Below are positions 19,278 to 29,895 of a stretch of 64,000 bases of DNA, piece after piece. Location of the stretch: the NCBI GenBank assembly GCA_963933835.1, contig CAWVVV010000007.1, positions 20,083 to 84,082 on the forward strand. The letters are read 5' to 3'. A model generated the notes under the pieces. The model worked only from the letters and a program-made list of their open reading frames with translations. It did not search any database and was not told where the DNA came from. The position numbers were made by a program, and so were the translations under genes. How positions within the stretch are numbered: the first letter of the stretch is position 1; each line of letters begins with the position of its first letter. Origin of the DNA: an uncultured Puniceicoccaceae bacterium. Lineage in GTDB: Bacteria > Verrucomicrobiota > Verrucomicrobiia > Opitutales > Oceanipulchritudinaceae.

Positions 19278-20009
19278 ATGTCGACGACTAGTCAGAAATT
19301 AGAATGGTGTATTGTTCGCCTCGGCGAAGATATGAACTGGTGGGTCCATGAAATTTCCGACCCTGTCCGGTGGGATGTTGACGGGCTCAGCATAGTGGAC
19401 CCCCGCCAAATGGGTTACGTCGTTGAGCTCTGCGCCCCGCTTCGCGAGTATGGCTTCGATACCGACTCGATCGAACGGGCGTTTTATACCTTCGCGATGG
19501 ATAAGGAGGAAAAGGGCAGCAACATCCGTCTCGTTCGCACCCCTGAGTGCCACCTCGAAGATGAAGATGGCGTGCTCTTTGGGCTGCCCGATATCCTCGA
19601 CGAAGACAAAGGACCTTACGCCGACTTTCTTGACGCAATCACTAAGGCACGTGTTCGCCTTCTCAATGATCAGATCAAATTCGAGCAGAATCTGACGATC
19701 GACGAACTCGAAGAGGAAATCCGCGAACGCCAAAATGCCGACTTCATGGAAGGCAAAGCGGTGCATGCTTTCACCGACATCACCTCAATCCTCGAATACG
19801 TGCCTCTGGGCTTCGAAATCGAAGAAGATGACGCTGATGTAAGTTCCGACGGCGAAGACATCGGCGACCTTTCTGAATTCAACGACGCAGATGCGGACGC
19901 GAAAATTCAAGAAGACGATACGATGAAGTGGGAAGAGGAAGAAGAGGATGAGTCGAAGAAAGAATTCGACGAAACTGTTTCCGATCGCCCAGACGACCTC
20001 GACAAGTAG
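19278..20009 (+). CDS. Hypothetical protein with acidic C-terminus
   Basis: 243-aa ORF with host-like codon usage; no family recognised. Confidence 0.7.
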   Translation: MSTTSQKLEWCIVRLGEDMNWWVHEISDPVRWDVDGLSIVDPRQMGYVVELCAPLREYGFDTDSIERAFYTFAMDKEEKGSNIRLVRTPECHLEDEDGVLFGLPDILDEDKGPYADFLDAITKARVRLLNDQIKFEQNLTIDELEEEIRERQNADFMEGKAVHAFTDITSILEYVPLGFEIEEDDADVSSDGEDIGDLSEFNDADADAKIQEDDTMKWEEEEEDESKKEFDETVSDRPDDLDK

Positions 20010-20052
20010 CCACTCAGGCAGCTTCAGACTTTATCCAATTCCACGTTACCGA

Positions 20053-20487
20053 CTATTCGGTGGCGTGGATTTTTTCTACCCGTTGAACATGGCGCCCACC
20101 TTCGAAGGTGCTGTCCAACCAAGCATCAACCACTGCAGGCAAACTGCGTTGTGGAAACATCCGACCGCCGATCGAGATGACGTTGGCGTCGTTGTGCGCC
20201 TTCGTGAGCTGAGCACTTTCGGCATTCCACACAACACCGCAGCGGATGCCCTTTACCTTATTCGCAACGATCGCTTCACCATTGCCACTGCCCCCGAAGA
20301 CGATGCCGAGATCACTCTCGCCTTTCGACACGGCCTCCGCCGCCGGACGCACAAAATCAGGATAGTCACTACGCTCGTTCGAAAATGCGCCGTGGTCGAT
20401 GACTGTTATGCCACGCGACTCAAGGTGCGCTTTAACGATTTCTTTTGCAGCATATCCAGCGTGATCGGTCCCAAGCGAAATTTTCAT
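20053..20487 (-). CDS. rpiB: Ribose-5-phosphate isomerase B
   Basis: GTDHAG, DYPD, GGSGNGE, HNDAN, FEGGRH. Confidence 0.95.
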   Translation of the reverse strand: MKISLGTDHAGYAAKEIVKAHLESRGITVIDHGAFSNERSDYPDFVRPAAEAVSKGESDLGIVFGGSGNGEAIVANKVKGIRCGVVWNAESAQLTKAHNDANVISIGGRMFPQRSLPAVVDAWLDSTFEGGRHVQRVEKIHATE

Positions 20488-20548
20488 AGATGATGAAATC
20501 ACTGCTGATACACATCTGCGTCAACGGCAGACCACTCCGATAGGATCT

Positions 20549-21610
20549 CTAGATCCCGCTTGCTGATGCATTGTCATCAAGCTGTGAGGCTGAGCCAGGA
20601 GCCGCACTCAATCCAGCCGCTTCACTCGCCCACTCCTTCGCGAAATAGGTCAGAATTAAATCCGCTCCGGATCGCTTGATCGCGATCAAGCTCTCGTCGC
20701 GGCTACGCTTGTAGTCGAGCCAACCGAGCTGCGCCGCAGCATGAATCTGGGCATACTCGCCGCTGACTTGGTAAGCCGCCACCGGCACATCCGAGAGTTC
20801 AGCCGTCTGTCGGATAATATCGAGATAGGCTCCCGCTGGCTTGACCATGACGATGTCGGCACCCTCTTCGAGATCGAGCTCAACCTCCCGAGCCGCCTCG
20901 CGGACGTTGGCTGGGTTGAGCTGATAGGTATCCTTGCCGAGCAAGGCCGTGCCCGCGGCCTGAGCGCTGCCAACGGCATCACGAAACGGACCATAGTAAG
21001 CGCTATTGAATTTAGCCGAGTAGGCGATGATCCCCATCTGCGTGAAACCTGCTAAATCAAGTGCCTCGCGGATGAATAAAATGCGCCCATCCATCATATC
21101 ACTGGGAGCGACGAAATCGACACCCGCCTCGGCTTGGAGCACCGCCATTTGAGCGAGGATCTCCACCGTCTCGTCGTTCGCCACGTCGGAACCATCTTCG
21201 GTCAAAACACCGTCGTGTCCATGTGTCGTGTAGGGATCTAGGGCGACGTCAGTGATCACGAGCATCTCGGGCAGCACCTGTTTAATCGCGCGAACCGCGC
21301 GAAGCACGAGTGTATCGGGATTTAAAGCCTCTTCGCCTTGAGGAGTCTTGAGTGAAGGTTCGAGCTTGGGGAACAGTGCGATCGCCTTCACCCCAAGACG
21401 CTGAAGCTGCATCGCTTCCAGACACAGAGCTTTGATTGGAAAACGCAGCTGCCCAGGCATTGAAGCGATCGGCTCAGAAGCCCCCTCTCCCTCGATAACA
21501 AAGAGTGGTTGAATAAGATCTTCCGTCCGCAAAACAGTTTCCTCAACTAAAGAACGGATCGCTGGCGTGCGCCGCAAGCGGCGCGGACGAGGCATCGATT
21601 CAAAACTCAT
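20549..21610 (-). CDS. hemB: Porphobilinogen synthase
   Basis: RPRRLR, DVALDPYTTHGHDG, APSDMMDGR, MVKP, AYQVSGEY. Confidence 0.96.
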   Translation of the reverse strand: MSFESMPRPRRLRRTPAIRSLVEETVLRTEDLIQPLFVIEGEGASEPIASMPGQLRFPIKALCLEAMQLQRLGVKAIALFPKLEPSLKTPQGEEALNPDTLVLRAVRAIKQVLPEMLVITDVALDPYTTHGHDGVLTEDGSDVANDETVEILAQMAVLQAEAGVDFVAPSDMMDGRILFIREALDLAGFTQMGIIAYSAKFNSAYYGPFRDAVGSAQAAGTALLGKDTYQLNPANVREAAREVELDLEEGADIVMVKPAGAYLDIIRQTAELSDVPVAAYQVSGEYAQIHAAAQLGWLDYKRSRDESLIAIKRSGADLILTYFAKEWASEAAGLSAAPGSASQLDDNASASGI

Positions 21611-21739
21611 AGGACTACTTTAGGACAAAACCGCAGAGCGCCAAGCGGGAAGAAGAATTACTCTTCGCTGAGACAAGATTGCCAACATTTCTTGGGCTTG
21701 TGCCTGGGACGAGGGGCTTCATCGTGGAGGCCTCACGTG

Positions 21740-23554
21740 ATGACTCTTCTTCGTAACAACGCCCTATGGTTGGGAGCGATCGCTCTACTTCTCTTAGGCG
21801 CCTACTACCCGGTCATCTTTAGCGAATACGGATTCACCGATGACTACTACGCCATCACTCTGCACAAGACGGTCGGCCCTTGGGATTTCAAAACGCTCTA
21901 CACTGTCTTGGGGCGGCCCATTTGCTCCGTTCTAACCGGCTACGCTTTTGCCCCGGTCGAAACTATTTCAGACCTCGCCTATGTGCGCGCGATCAGCGTC
22001 ATCACTCTAGCGATTACCGGGATGAGCGCTTTTCTGATTCTGAGGAACTTCCGAATTTCAGAATCCTGCGCCCTTTTAGTCGCTGCTGTGCTGACTCTAA
22101 ATCCGGCGGCAGGTGTCTTTGCCGGGTGGGCGGCAACTTTCATTTATCCGCTTTCCGTCCTCATTTCACTCATCGGAGGCTGGTTCATCATTCGAGGGCT
22201 GGAAGACTGTCGGTGGCGCACTGCAACAGCAGGCTTCGCCTGCCTTCTAGTCTCTTTCTTCATCTACCAACCGACCGCACTCGCCTGTCTCGTTCTATTT
22301 GCGGTCCATTATTACACCCCAAGAGACAAAGCCGAAAAGCCTCCCTTTCTACAATGGAGCGCAAGCATCGCGATTACCTCCGTAGCGATGGTCGTCTACT
22401 ACATTCTCTATAAGAGCTACCTTCCGCTCCTTGAGCAATATGGAATGACTACAGACCGCGGTGGCATCGTCACCGAAATCGGTGACAAGCTCGCCTACTA
22501 TTTCAAGGGTCCGCTCTGGGAATCTATTCTATGGTGGGCTTACTACGCACCAAAATGGGTCGGGTGGGGCATTCTGAGCATGCTCATAAGCGCCACCCTC
22601 TATCTTGTATTTGGACATGCAAAAAGATCTGGCTGGCTAAGCTCTTCCATTCTCACCGCTTTGCTCCTAGCCACCCTATTGCTAGCCTCCTCCCCGATCA
22701 TCGTCCCTCATCAGAATGATCATCAGCTACGCGTATTTTATCCACTGATCGTCCTCTTGGGTGCGATATACGCCATCGCTTTTGGGCAACTCACCCAACG
22801 TCTCTCTGGCTGGCTGAAGCTAGCTCTTCCCCTCTTCATAGTCATTTTGCTCAGTCTGCTCAGTCATCACTACGTCAACGAAGGTATCGTAAAGCCCCAC
22901 ACGAATGAAGTGCAGGCCTATAAGTCCTATCTCGAGGAGAACCTTCAGGCGCCTCCTGAGTTTGCCTTTTTCATTCATCCCATCCTCGCGAAAGAAGACG
23001 TATCAAGCTTGGGAGCCTTTCATGAATACGGTCGTTACTCCTCATGGCTCCCGTGGGTGCCGCATTCGTTGATCAATATTTTGCTCTGGGAACAAGATCC
23101 ATTACGAATGGAGCAGCTTCAAGAAGCAGAGATCATCCAAGTCTACCCATGGCAAATCCATCACTTCCCGGAAGGGGCTGTTGTTCTGGACGGCTACTAC
23201 ATTCAAGCGAACACACGAACCCCTCCCTACAAAGCATACAAAAACAACATGCTTGCTGGATTCGTCCCCGATGCCGTTGAAAACCCTCTCTTTGGGACGA
23301 CTGAAACGCTCAACCGGGATTGGTTCTTTGCATTGAATTTCGGCTTTTTTAAAAGCCTCGGCGACAACGCTTACCAATTCTTCGATTACGGAACCTATGC
23401 GATTGAGCCGATCGATTCGCCAGAAGGTTCCATCGAGATGATTGACGAAAAGGGCCAACGCCTCATCACTTCAGAAGCCCATTTCCCTTCTGTTTACGAC
23501 CCCGTTACAAACACACACTTTCAACTAACTCAAAAGATTTTTTCGACACTATGA
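21740..23554 (+). CDS. Multi-TM GT-C-like (GtrII-type) glycosyltransferase with C-terminal aromatic module
   Basis: N-terminal TM then DDY and GRP motifs, YQP motif, about 11 TM segments, soluble C-terminal tail. Confidence 0.6.
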   Translation: MTLLRNNALWLGAIALLLLGAYYPVIFSEYGFTDDYYAITLHKTVGPWDFKTLYTVLGRPICSVLTGYAFAPVETISDLAYVRAISVITLAITGMSAFLILRNFRISESCALLVAAVLTLNPAAGVFAGWAATFIYPLSVLISLIGGWFIIRGLEDCRWRTATAGFACLLVSFFIYQPTALACLVLFAVHYYTPRDKAEKPPFLQWSASIAITSVAMVVYYILYKSYLPLLEQYGMTTDRGGIVTEIGDKLAYYFKGPLWESILWWAYYAPKWVGWGILSMLISATLYLVFGHAKRSGWLSSSILTALLLATLLLASSPIIVPHQNDHQLRVFYPLIVLLGAIYAIAFGQLTQRLSGWLKLALPLFIVILLSLLSHHYVNEGIVKPHTNEVQAYKSYLEENLQAPPEFAFFIHPILAKEDVSSLGAFHEYGRYSSWLPWVPHSLINILLWEQDPLRMEQLQEAEIIQVYPWQIHHFPEGAVVLDGYYIQANTRTPPYKAYKNNMLAGFVPDAVENPLFGTTETLNRDWFFALNFGFFKSLGDNAYQFFDYGTYAIEPIDSPEGSIEMIDEKGQRLITSEAHFPSVYDPVTNTHFQLTQKIFSTL

Positions 23555-23745
23555 GCTCTACTAAACGACTCCTAATCACATCCGTTCTATCAGCCATCCT
23601 GCTCTCAGGATGTGTTGCCACTAAAGTGGTCTCAACAACCGTCGGAGTGGCTGGCCAAGCGGCCAAAACCACCATCAAAATGACGGGCGCAGTCGGTGGA
23701 GCGGTGATTCCAACTCGCCCTAAAGAGCAGAATGAATCTAGATAG
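23551..23745 (+). CDS. Small lipoprotein
   Basis: LLSGC lipobox; VATKVVSTTVGVAG helical body. Confidence 0.7.
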   Translation: MSSTKRLLITSVLSAILLSGCVATKVVSTTVGVAGQAAKTTIKMTGAVGGAVIPTRPKEQNESR

Positions 23746-23786
23746 ACCTTTCACAAATAACAACTGGAGCAGCCTCGACCCCTGAT

Positions 23787-24116
23787 ATGAAAAACTGCCC
23801 TTATTGCGCTGAAGAAATTTAAGACGAAGCGATCAAATGTCGCCACTGTGGTGAATTTCTCACTACACAAGGACGTGACCCAGCCGCTGAAGAAAAGCCG
23901 CCTTGGGTTTTTCTAACCGCTTTCATTATCCTCGCCCTAGCTTTGGTCGGACCTTTCGCCTTACCCCTTATTTGGCTCCACCCAAGGATCACTCGGGGAT
24001 GGAAGATTATTCTCAGTGTGACTATTGTTCTCCTCACAGCGATCCTGATCAAACTCTCCGCTATCGCGACGAAGGAGCTGCTTGAGATGTATTCTGAACT
24101 CCTCAATGAAATGTAG
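23787..24116 (+). pseudogene. Zinc-ribbon membrane protein with in-frame TAA at codon 12
   Basis: MKNCPYCAEEI*DEAIKCRHCGEFL then TM segments to TAG at 24114; Q (CAA) expected at the stop. Confidence 0.85.
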
Positions 24117-24154
24117 TAAGCAACCTTATCCTAATCGTAGATTTCCAGCATCTG

Positions 24155-24460
24155 CTAGCCCGCAAAGCGATAGCCAACATCCCTAATCGTTTTGATATAT
24201 GCGGGCGCCTTAGGATTTGATTCTACTTTTTGGCGGAGTGTAGTCACGCAGCGATCCACACTACGTTGAGTAACCAGGATCGAAGAGCCCCAGACGTGAT
24301 TCATAATGCCCTGGCGCTTGAGCGCTTTTCCTCTGTGTTCTAAGAAATATTCGAGAAGTCGATATTCTTTGCCCGTGAGGACGACTTCATCTTCATCGCG
24401 AAAAAACTGGTGAGACGTACGGTCTAGGCGACAGTTACCGAAATCCAGCGTGCTTGCATC
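24155..24460 (-). pseudogene. OmpR-family response regulator remnant (winged-helix domain only)
   Basis: LTGKEYRLL...RSVDRCVTTLRQK...IKTIRDVGYRF; receiver domain absent. Confidence 0.8.
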
Positions 24461-25524
24461 CGCTAAACGGTGACGACTTCGGTTCAATCAGAGGGCTTGG
24501 CAGCGCCGTTCCACTTTCCTTTAGTATGAGCACAGCAGGGGCGACGATTGAAGCTGGGGAAATCGCCCTCGCAGATGATCAAAGTGTATGGATTCAGTTC
24601 ACCACTCCTTACGCTATTCCACTCGAGTTAGAAACAATCATTACGAGTGGCACTTCGTCGGTCTTTGTTGTCGAGGTGTACACCAATTTTCAGAACGCGA
24701 TTGAAGACATTGTGCAGGTCACCGGGAACAGTGACATCTCCCAACCTCTCAACTTTACATCGACGAGGAACACGAGCTATGCGATCCGCTTCGCTAGCTC
24801 TGAGGATGTCGATTTCAATTTATATATCAGGCCAACCGGCATCTTTGACAGCTACGTCTCGGATAACACCTACGAAACGTATACATTTAATTTGACCAAT
24901 GCACCTTTGCGCTTCGGGGGAGATAACTTTGATGCAGGGGCAGAAGGCAATGAACCCAGTTTGGATGGCTTTGACGACAATACCGTCTGGGCAAAACTGG
25001 GCTACTACAATGATGAGCCAGGCGTACTCATCATCGACACATTTGGAAGCGATTTTGATACGGTGCTCCATGTCTTTGAAGGCATCGGTGCACCTTCCAC
25101 CCTCAATCTACTCGCTCTTAACGACGACTTAACTGGAAGTACTCTGAGTCGAGTCACGCTATCCATCACTCCGAATACACAGGTCTCTGTGCGTGTGACT
25201 GGTTTCGGGCCCGCTGCAACTGGCAATGTCGTCCTTAATGCCGATTTCAAGCCGGCTGGACAAGATACAGCCCTCGCGGCACTCAAAGACTCCCTCGATC
25301 TCGATGTCTGCTTCTCCCAAGTCCTTGGAACTAACATCGAACTGCCTTGGGTGGCATTCGGGGAATACGCCTATCGGGTCCAGTTTAGCTCTACCACCTC
25401 CAGTTGGGTCACGATTGAGGATGTCGTTCCTTCAGAGGCCTACGACCCAGCCTATACTTATGCCTTCAGCCTCCCTGGGGCCGGTCCTCATTACGTCCGC
25501 GTCGAGTTTCTCGGAGAGCCCTAG
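24454..25524 (+). pseudogene. N-terminally truncated surface protein with PPC-like repeats and Verrucomicrobia-type C-terminal domain
   Basis: DDF...AGATIEAGE..VW and IDTFGSDFDTVLHVF..LNDD repeats; YRVQFS....W...YVRV tail; no signal peptide or clear start. Confidence 0.6.
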
Positions 25525-25674
25525 AAGTTGGACGAACGCTGCGAGCGTCTCAATTCCTCAGGAATAGATCTCTCGATTCTAAAATGGGGGATGAATGATT
25601 CCAGAGTGTAGAACACTGGTTTCCTTCCATTTGAAGACGGGGCACTCCCCTCCTTCAGGAATCACCGCGTATCC

Positions 25675-25706
25675 AAAAAAAAGACCCCACGCTTCCGTGA
25701 GGTCTT
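25675..25706 (-). terminator. Rho-independent terminator of the PEP-CTERM gene
   Basis: aagaccccacg-cttc-cgtgaggtctt stem next to A8 (T8 on minus strand). Confidence 0.7.
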
Positions 25707-25729
25707 AAAAGAATTGAATGCCTAAGGTG

Positions 25730-25990
25730 TTATCGACGGCGGACGGCCAAGAATCCAAGGGTCGCGAGACCTAGTAGGGCGGCTGCAGAGGAAGGCTCTG
25801 GGACGACCACCAGATTAGCACGGATCTCGCCTCCACCATTAGCAGCGGTGTGCACGTTGATGTAGTAAAGGCCGTTGAGTAAATCTGTCTCGTTTGCAGA
25901 TGTCGTCGAAAGATCAATTAAGACCACTTGAGAATATAGGCCGCTCGCAAGCGCGCCGAAGAGAACAGTGAAGAGGATGCTTTTTTTCAT
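25730..25990 (-). CDS. Miniature PEP-CTERM protein with partial CHRD domain
   Basis: Signal peptide MKKSILF...; DLLNGLYYINVHT...GGEIRANL; VPEPSS-TM-RRR. Confidence 0.8.
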   Translation of the reverse strand: MKKSILFTVLFGALASGLYSQVVLIDLSTTSANETDLLNGLYYINVHTAANGGGEIRANLVVVPEPSSAAALLGLATLGFLAVRRR

Positions 25991-26201
25991 AAGATACAGA
26001 CTTGGGGTGAAAACCACTGACGAGATAGGTGGTAAGAGACCGGATGTTAGGCTGATGAAGGTTGATAGCGCAAGGCTTTGATGCGCAATCAGAAGAAATC
26101 TCCGATGTCTTAGGGTTCATGCTCTAAAACTCCCTCATAAGACAACTAGCCAAAAAAGGGCGTGCCATCGCCAGTCAGCCTGCTAGCACTCTCTCTTTCC
26201 C

Positions 26202-28034
26202 ATGAAAGAGATGACCCCGTTAGAAGAGTTGCGCCACTCAGCCGCGCACATCCTTGCCACTGCTGTTCTCCGTGTTTTCCCGGAGGCCCAACTCGACATC
26301 GGTCCACCGACCGACAGCGGCTTCTATTACGACCTCGATCTCGATCATAAGCTCACGGCCGACGACCTCGTTAAAATCGAGGAAGCGATGAAGGCTGTGG
26401 CGAAAGAGAATCAGCGCTTCGAACGCTTTGAACACTCCCGCGAGGAAGCCACCGCCCTGATCAAGGAAATGGGGCAGGAACGCTACAAACTCGGTCGTCT
26501 CGCGGACATCCCCGAAGGCGAAGCGATTTCCTTCTACCGCAACGGCGAATTCACTGATCTCTGCGCTGGCACGCACATCAAGTATTCAAAGAAGCTCAAA
26601 GCCTTCAAGCTCCTCTCCATCGCGGGCGCCTACCACCGCGGTGATGAGAAGAACAAGCAGCTCCAGCGCATCTACGGAACCGCCTTCCCAACCAAAGACG
26701 AACTCGCCACTTACCTCGAGAATCTCGAAGAGGCGAAGAAGCGCGACCACCGCAAACTCGGCAAAGACCTCAAGCTCTTTCACATCGACGAAGACGTTGG
26801 CCAAGGCCTCGTCCTCTGGACTCCAAATGGTGCCGTTGTCCGCCAAGAGCTGCAGAACTTCATCGGCGAAGAGCTGCGCAAGCAGGGCTACAACCAAGTC
26901 TTTACGCCCCACATCGGAAAACTCGGCCTCTACAAGACCTCCGGTCACTTCCCCTACTATCAGGAATCGCAGTTCCCTGCGCTCGTCGACCGCGACCAGA
27001 TCCAGGGACTCGCTGACGAGGGATGCACCTGTGCGCAGTTGGCCAATCAAATGGAAGCCGGCGACATCGAAGGCTTTCTCCTCAAGCCGATGAATTGCCC
27101 GATGCACATCAAGATCTTCGACAGCCAGCCTCACAGCTATCGAGATCTCCCCGTGCGCCTTGCTGAGTTCGGCACCGTCTATCGCTGGGAACAAAGCGGC
27201 GAGCTCAACGGCATGACCCGTGTCCGTGGCTTCACTCAAGACGACGCCCACATTTTTTGCACCCCCGAGCAACTCAACGACGAAGTCAAAGGCTGCCTCG
27301 AGCTCGTCAAAATCGTTTTCAAAACTCTCGGGATGAAAGACTACCGCGTTCGCGTGGGTCTGCGTGATCCCGACAGCACGAAGTTCGTTGGCAACCCAGA
27401 CAACTGGGACAAAGCCGAAGCGGCTTGTCGCGAAGCCGCCGAAGGCCTCGGCGTCCCCTTCAGCGAAGAGCCCGGCGAAGCCGCCTTCTACGGCCCGAAA
27501 ATCGACTTCGTGGTCAAAGACGTCATCGGTCGCGAATGGCAACTCGGCACTGTCCAAGTTGACTACGTTCTCCCTGAGCGCTTCGAGCTCAGCTACGTCG
27601 GCGCGGACAACGGCAACCACCCCCCTGTCATGGTCCACCGTGCACCTTTCGGCTCGATGGAACGCTTCACTGGTGTCCTCATCGAACACTTCGCAGGCAA
27701 CTTCCCCGCGTGGCTCTCCCCTGAGCAAGTCCGCCTCCTTCCGATCACCGATGCGCAGAACGACTTTGCTCGTGAAGTAGAAAAACAACTACACGACCAA
27801 GGTATCCGCACTTCGATCGACACCCAGAGCGACAAGTTCGGTGCGAAAATCCGCCGTGCAGAAATGGACCACGTCCCTTACATGTTCGTGATCGGAAAAA
27901 ACGAAGCCGCCGAAGGCCAAGTTACGATCCGCTCCCGCACGAACAAGTCCCACGAAGGTATGCTCCCCGCCGCCGAAGCCGTCGCCAAGATCATCGAGAT
28001 CGTGAAGACCCGGGAATTGCCGGAAGCGGGGTGA
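26202..28034 (+). CDS. thrS: Threonine--tRNA ligase (short N-terminus)
   Basis: RHSAAH, DLCAGTH, RDHRKLG, KPMNCP, RVRGFTQDDAH, AFYGPK, HRAPFGSMERF. Confidence 0.97.
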   Translation: MKEMTPLEELRHSAAHILATAVLRVFPEAQLDIGPPTDSGFYYDLDLDHKLTADDLVKIEEAMKAVAKENQRFERFEHSREEATALIKEMGQERYKLGRLADIPEGEAISFYRNGEFTDLCAGTHIKYSKKLKAFKLLSIAGAYHRGDEKNKQLQRIYGTAFPTKDELATYLENLEEAKKRDHRKLGKDLKLFHIDEDVGQGLVLWTPNGAVVRQELQNFIGEELRKQGYNQVFTPHIGKLGLYKTSGHFPYYQESQFPALVDRDQIQGLADEGCTCAQLANQMEAGDIEGFLLKPMNCPMHIKIFDSQPHSYRDLPVRLAEFGTVYRWEQSGELNGMTRVRGFTQDDAHIFCTPEQLNDEVKGCLELVKIVFKTLGMKDYRVRVGLRDPDSTKFVGNPDNWDKAEAACREAAEGLGVPFSEEPGEAAFYGPKIDFVVKDVIGREWQLGTVQVDYVLPERFELSYVGADNGNHPPVMVHRAPFGSMERFTGVLIEHFAGNFPAWLSPEQVRLLPITDAQNDFAREVEKQLHDQGIRTSIDTQSDKFGAKIRRAEMDHVPYMFVIGKNEAAEGQVTIRSRTNKSHEGMLPAAEAVAKIIEIVKTRELPEAG

Positions 28035-28116
28035 TCATTCGGACACGGGCGCGATGAATGCATGCCCTAGCTTCGACACACTTCCCCCGTTTTTACGCTG
28101 CCGGAGCAGGCCTCCA

Positions 28117-28167
28117 GTGAACAACTTGTGAACATCTCCGCCTCGCAGAAAGTGAACATATGTTTAC
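28117..28167 (+). promoter_or_regulatory. LexA-box-like motifs upstream of the IS91 transposase
   Basis: GAAC-AACTTGT-GAAC (28119-28133) and GAAC-ATAT-GTTT (28154-28165). Confidence 0.4.
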
Positions 28168-28179
28168 ATTCCGTGAGGC

Positions 28180-28744
28180 ATGTCCGCCCGCTATCGCCCT
28201 CGGCAGGCCCGAGCCTCGGCGCTCTGGCAATGCCTCCACACCGCCCTGCCGGATTTCCTGCGGCACTACGCGGAGCGCCACGCCTCTACCCTTGGTCCAC
28301 TGCTCCCCGAACGCCAAGCCGCCCTCGAGCGCTTCCTGCGCTGCGGCGATCTCAGCCAGGGCTTTCTCCGTGTGCGTTGTGAGGACTGCGACCACGAATA
28401 CCTTGTTCCCTATACCTGCAAACAGCGCGGGATCTGCCCGACCTGCCATCAACGCCGCAGCGTCGACCTCTCCGCCACCATCGCGACGGAGATCTGCGCC
28501 CCCGTGCCCCACCGGCACTGGGTCTTCACTATTCCACAACTCCTCCGCCCCGTCTTCCGCCGCGAGCCCCGCCGTCTCGGCCTCCTCGCCCGCCTCACCG
28601 CCGACTGCCTCACCGACTACCTCCGCGACCGCACAGGCCTACCCGAAGGCCGCCCCGGCATCGTCCTCGCCTTCCACACCTTTGGCGATCGATGATCCCG
28701 ATCCCTGGGCCCACGAGAGCGAGCCGATCTTCTGGAGCGATTGA
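28180..28744 (+). pseudogene. IS91-family transposase with large internal deletion
   Basis: FLRCG...CEDC...CKQRGICPTC zinc-binding domain, HRHWVFTIP, HTFGD then out-of-frame jump at GATC (28687) to the tail IDDPDPWAHESEPIFWSD*; HUH/Y2 core missing. Confidence 0.9.
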
Positions 28745-28957
28745 GCCACCCGTGCGGGAATGCAGGACCCCAGCTCGGCCCTGATGCGCCCGCACCTCCC
28801 GCGGCGCTGCTTCACCCTGCCCGCAAATCACATTCCAAACGGCAATTTCCTTGTCTTTTCAGCCCCAGCCCTCCAAAAACGCCCCAGATTTCAATCGACT
28901 CCCTCGCTCTCGCCTTCCGCCAACCACCGCTCGCCCATACACACGAACCCCTCCCCC

Positions 28958-29028
28958 TTAAACCCCCACCCGCTGGCGCGGGCTAAGGGTGCATCGTTAC
29001 TTTCCCGAAAAGCAAATTCCTATCAGTT
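28958..29028 (+). repeat. 71-bp direct repeat, copy 1 (oriIS-like end)
   Basis: ttaaacccccacccgctggcgcgggctaagggtgcatcgttactttcccgaaaagcaaattcctatcagtt, identical to 37858-37928. Confidence 0.95.
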
Positions 29029-29211
29029 GCTGGCCAAGCTCCGGAGTAAGTAGGCGGAACGAATACTCTTCTCCTGTTCCTAGAGCACTTTGCGGAAAGT
29101 AACCGATCCTAGGAAAATCAGGTTCATTCCGATGGCGGCCACTTGCGATTCCGTTGATTTAACCTGACGTTAGCATCCGATTGGAATTCTTCCAAAAAAC
29201 ACTCCTCTAAT

Positions 29212-29895
29212 ATGCGATTGCTGATTGTCGAAGATGATACCGAGGTTCGCGACTTTGTCTCCAAGGGATTCCGTGAATTGGGTGCGACCGTCGATACCGC
29301 GTCCGATGGTGCCGAAGGGTTGTTTTTGGGAAGCAGTGAATCCTACGATGTCATCATCGTCGATCGCATGCTTCCCAAGCTGGATGGGATTCGTCTGATT
29401 CAGGGATTACGAGGCATCGGAAAAGAGACCCCGGTCTTAATCTTAAGCGCATTGGGAGAGATCGACGACCGGGTGCTCGGACTCCGGGCGGGTGGCGATG
29501 ATTACCTGGTCAAACCCTTTGCATTCGCAGAACTGCATGCTCGAGTTGAAGTGCTTGGAAGGCGTTCAAATCGAGCCAGCGTTCCGGATCGAAGTAGCAT
29601 CCTGAGCGCACAGGACTTGAAAATGGATTTACTCAAACGTAGAGTGTCTCGCGGAACCGAAGATCTCGAATTGCAGGCCAAAGAGTTTCAATTACTGGAA
29701 TATCTATTGCGGAACAAAGGCACCGTGGTGACACGAACCATGTTGCTGGAGAATATCTGGGACTATCATTTCGATCCTCAAACCAATGTGATTGATGTTC
29801 ATGTCAGTCGATTGCGGAGCAAAATTGACCACCCGGAATCAAAGGAGAGCCTCATCCGAACAATCCGTGGAACTGGCTACATCATCGATGACTGA
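29212..29895 (+). CDS. OmpR-family response regulator
   Basis: LLIVEDD, DRMLP, GGDDYLVKPF, WDYHFDPQTNVIDVHVSRLR. Confidence 0.95.
   Translation: MRLLIVEDDTEVRDFVSKGFRELGATVDTASDGAEGLFLGSSESYDVIIVDRMLPKLDGIRLIQGLRGIGKETPVLILSALGEIDDRVLGLRAGGDDYLVKPFAFAELHARVEVLGRRSNRASVPDRSSILSAQDLKMDLLKRRVSRGTEDLELQAKEFQLLEYLLRNKGTVVTRTMLLENIWDYHFDPQTNVIDVHVSRLRSKIDHPESKESLIRTIRGTGYIIDD

Larger units (their letters stand above)
28100..29025 (+). mobile_element. Defective IS91/ISCR-like element (left end approximate)
   Basis: Transposase remnant followed by ...AAAAGCAAATTCCTATCA, an oriIS-like end. Confidence 0.75.

Noticed and set aside
26586..27788. 400-aa minus-strand ORF
   Set aside because: Antisense shadow of thrS caused by codon bias
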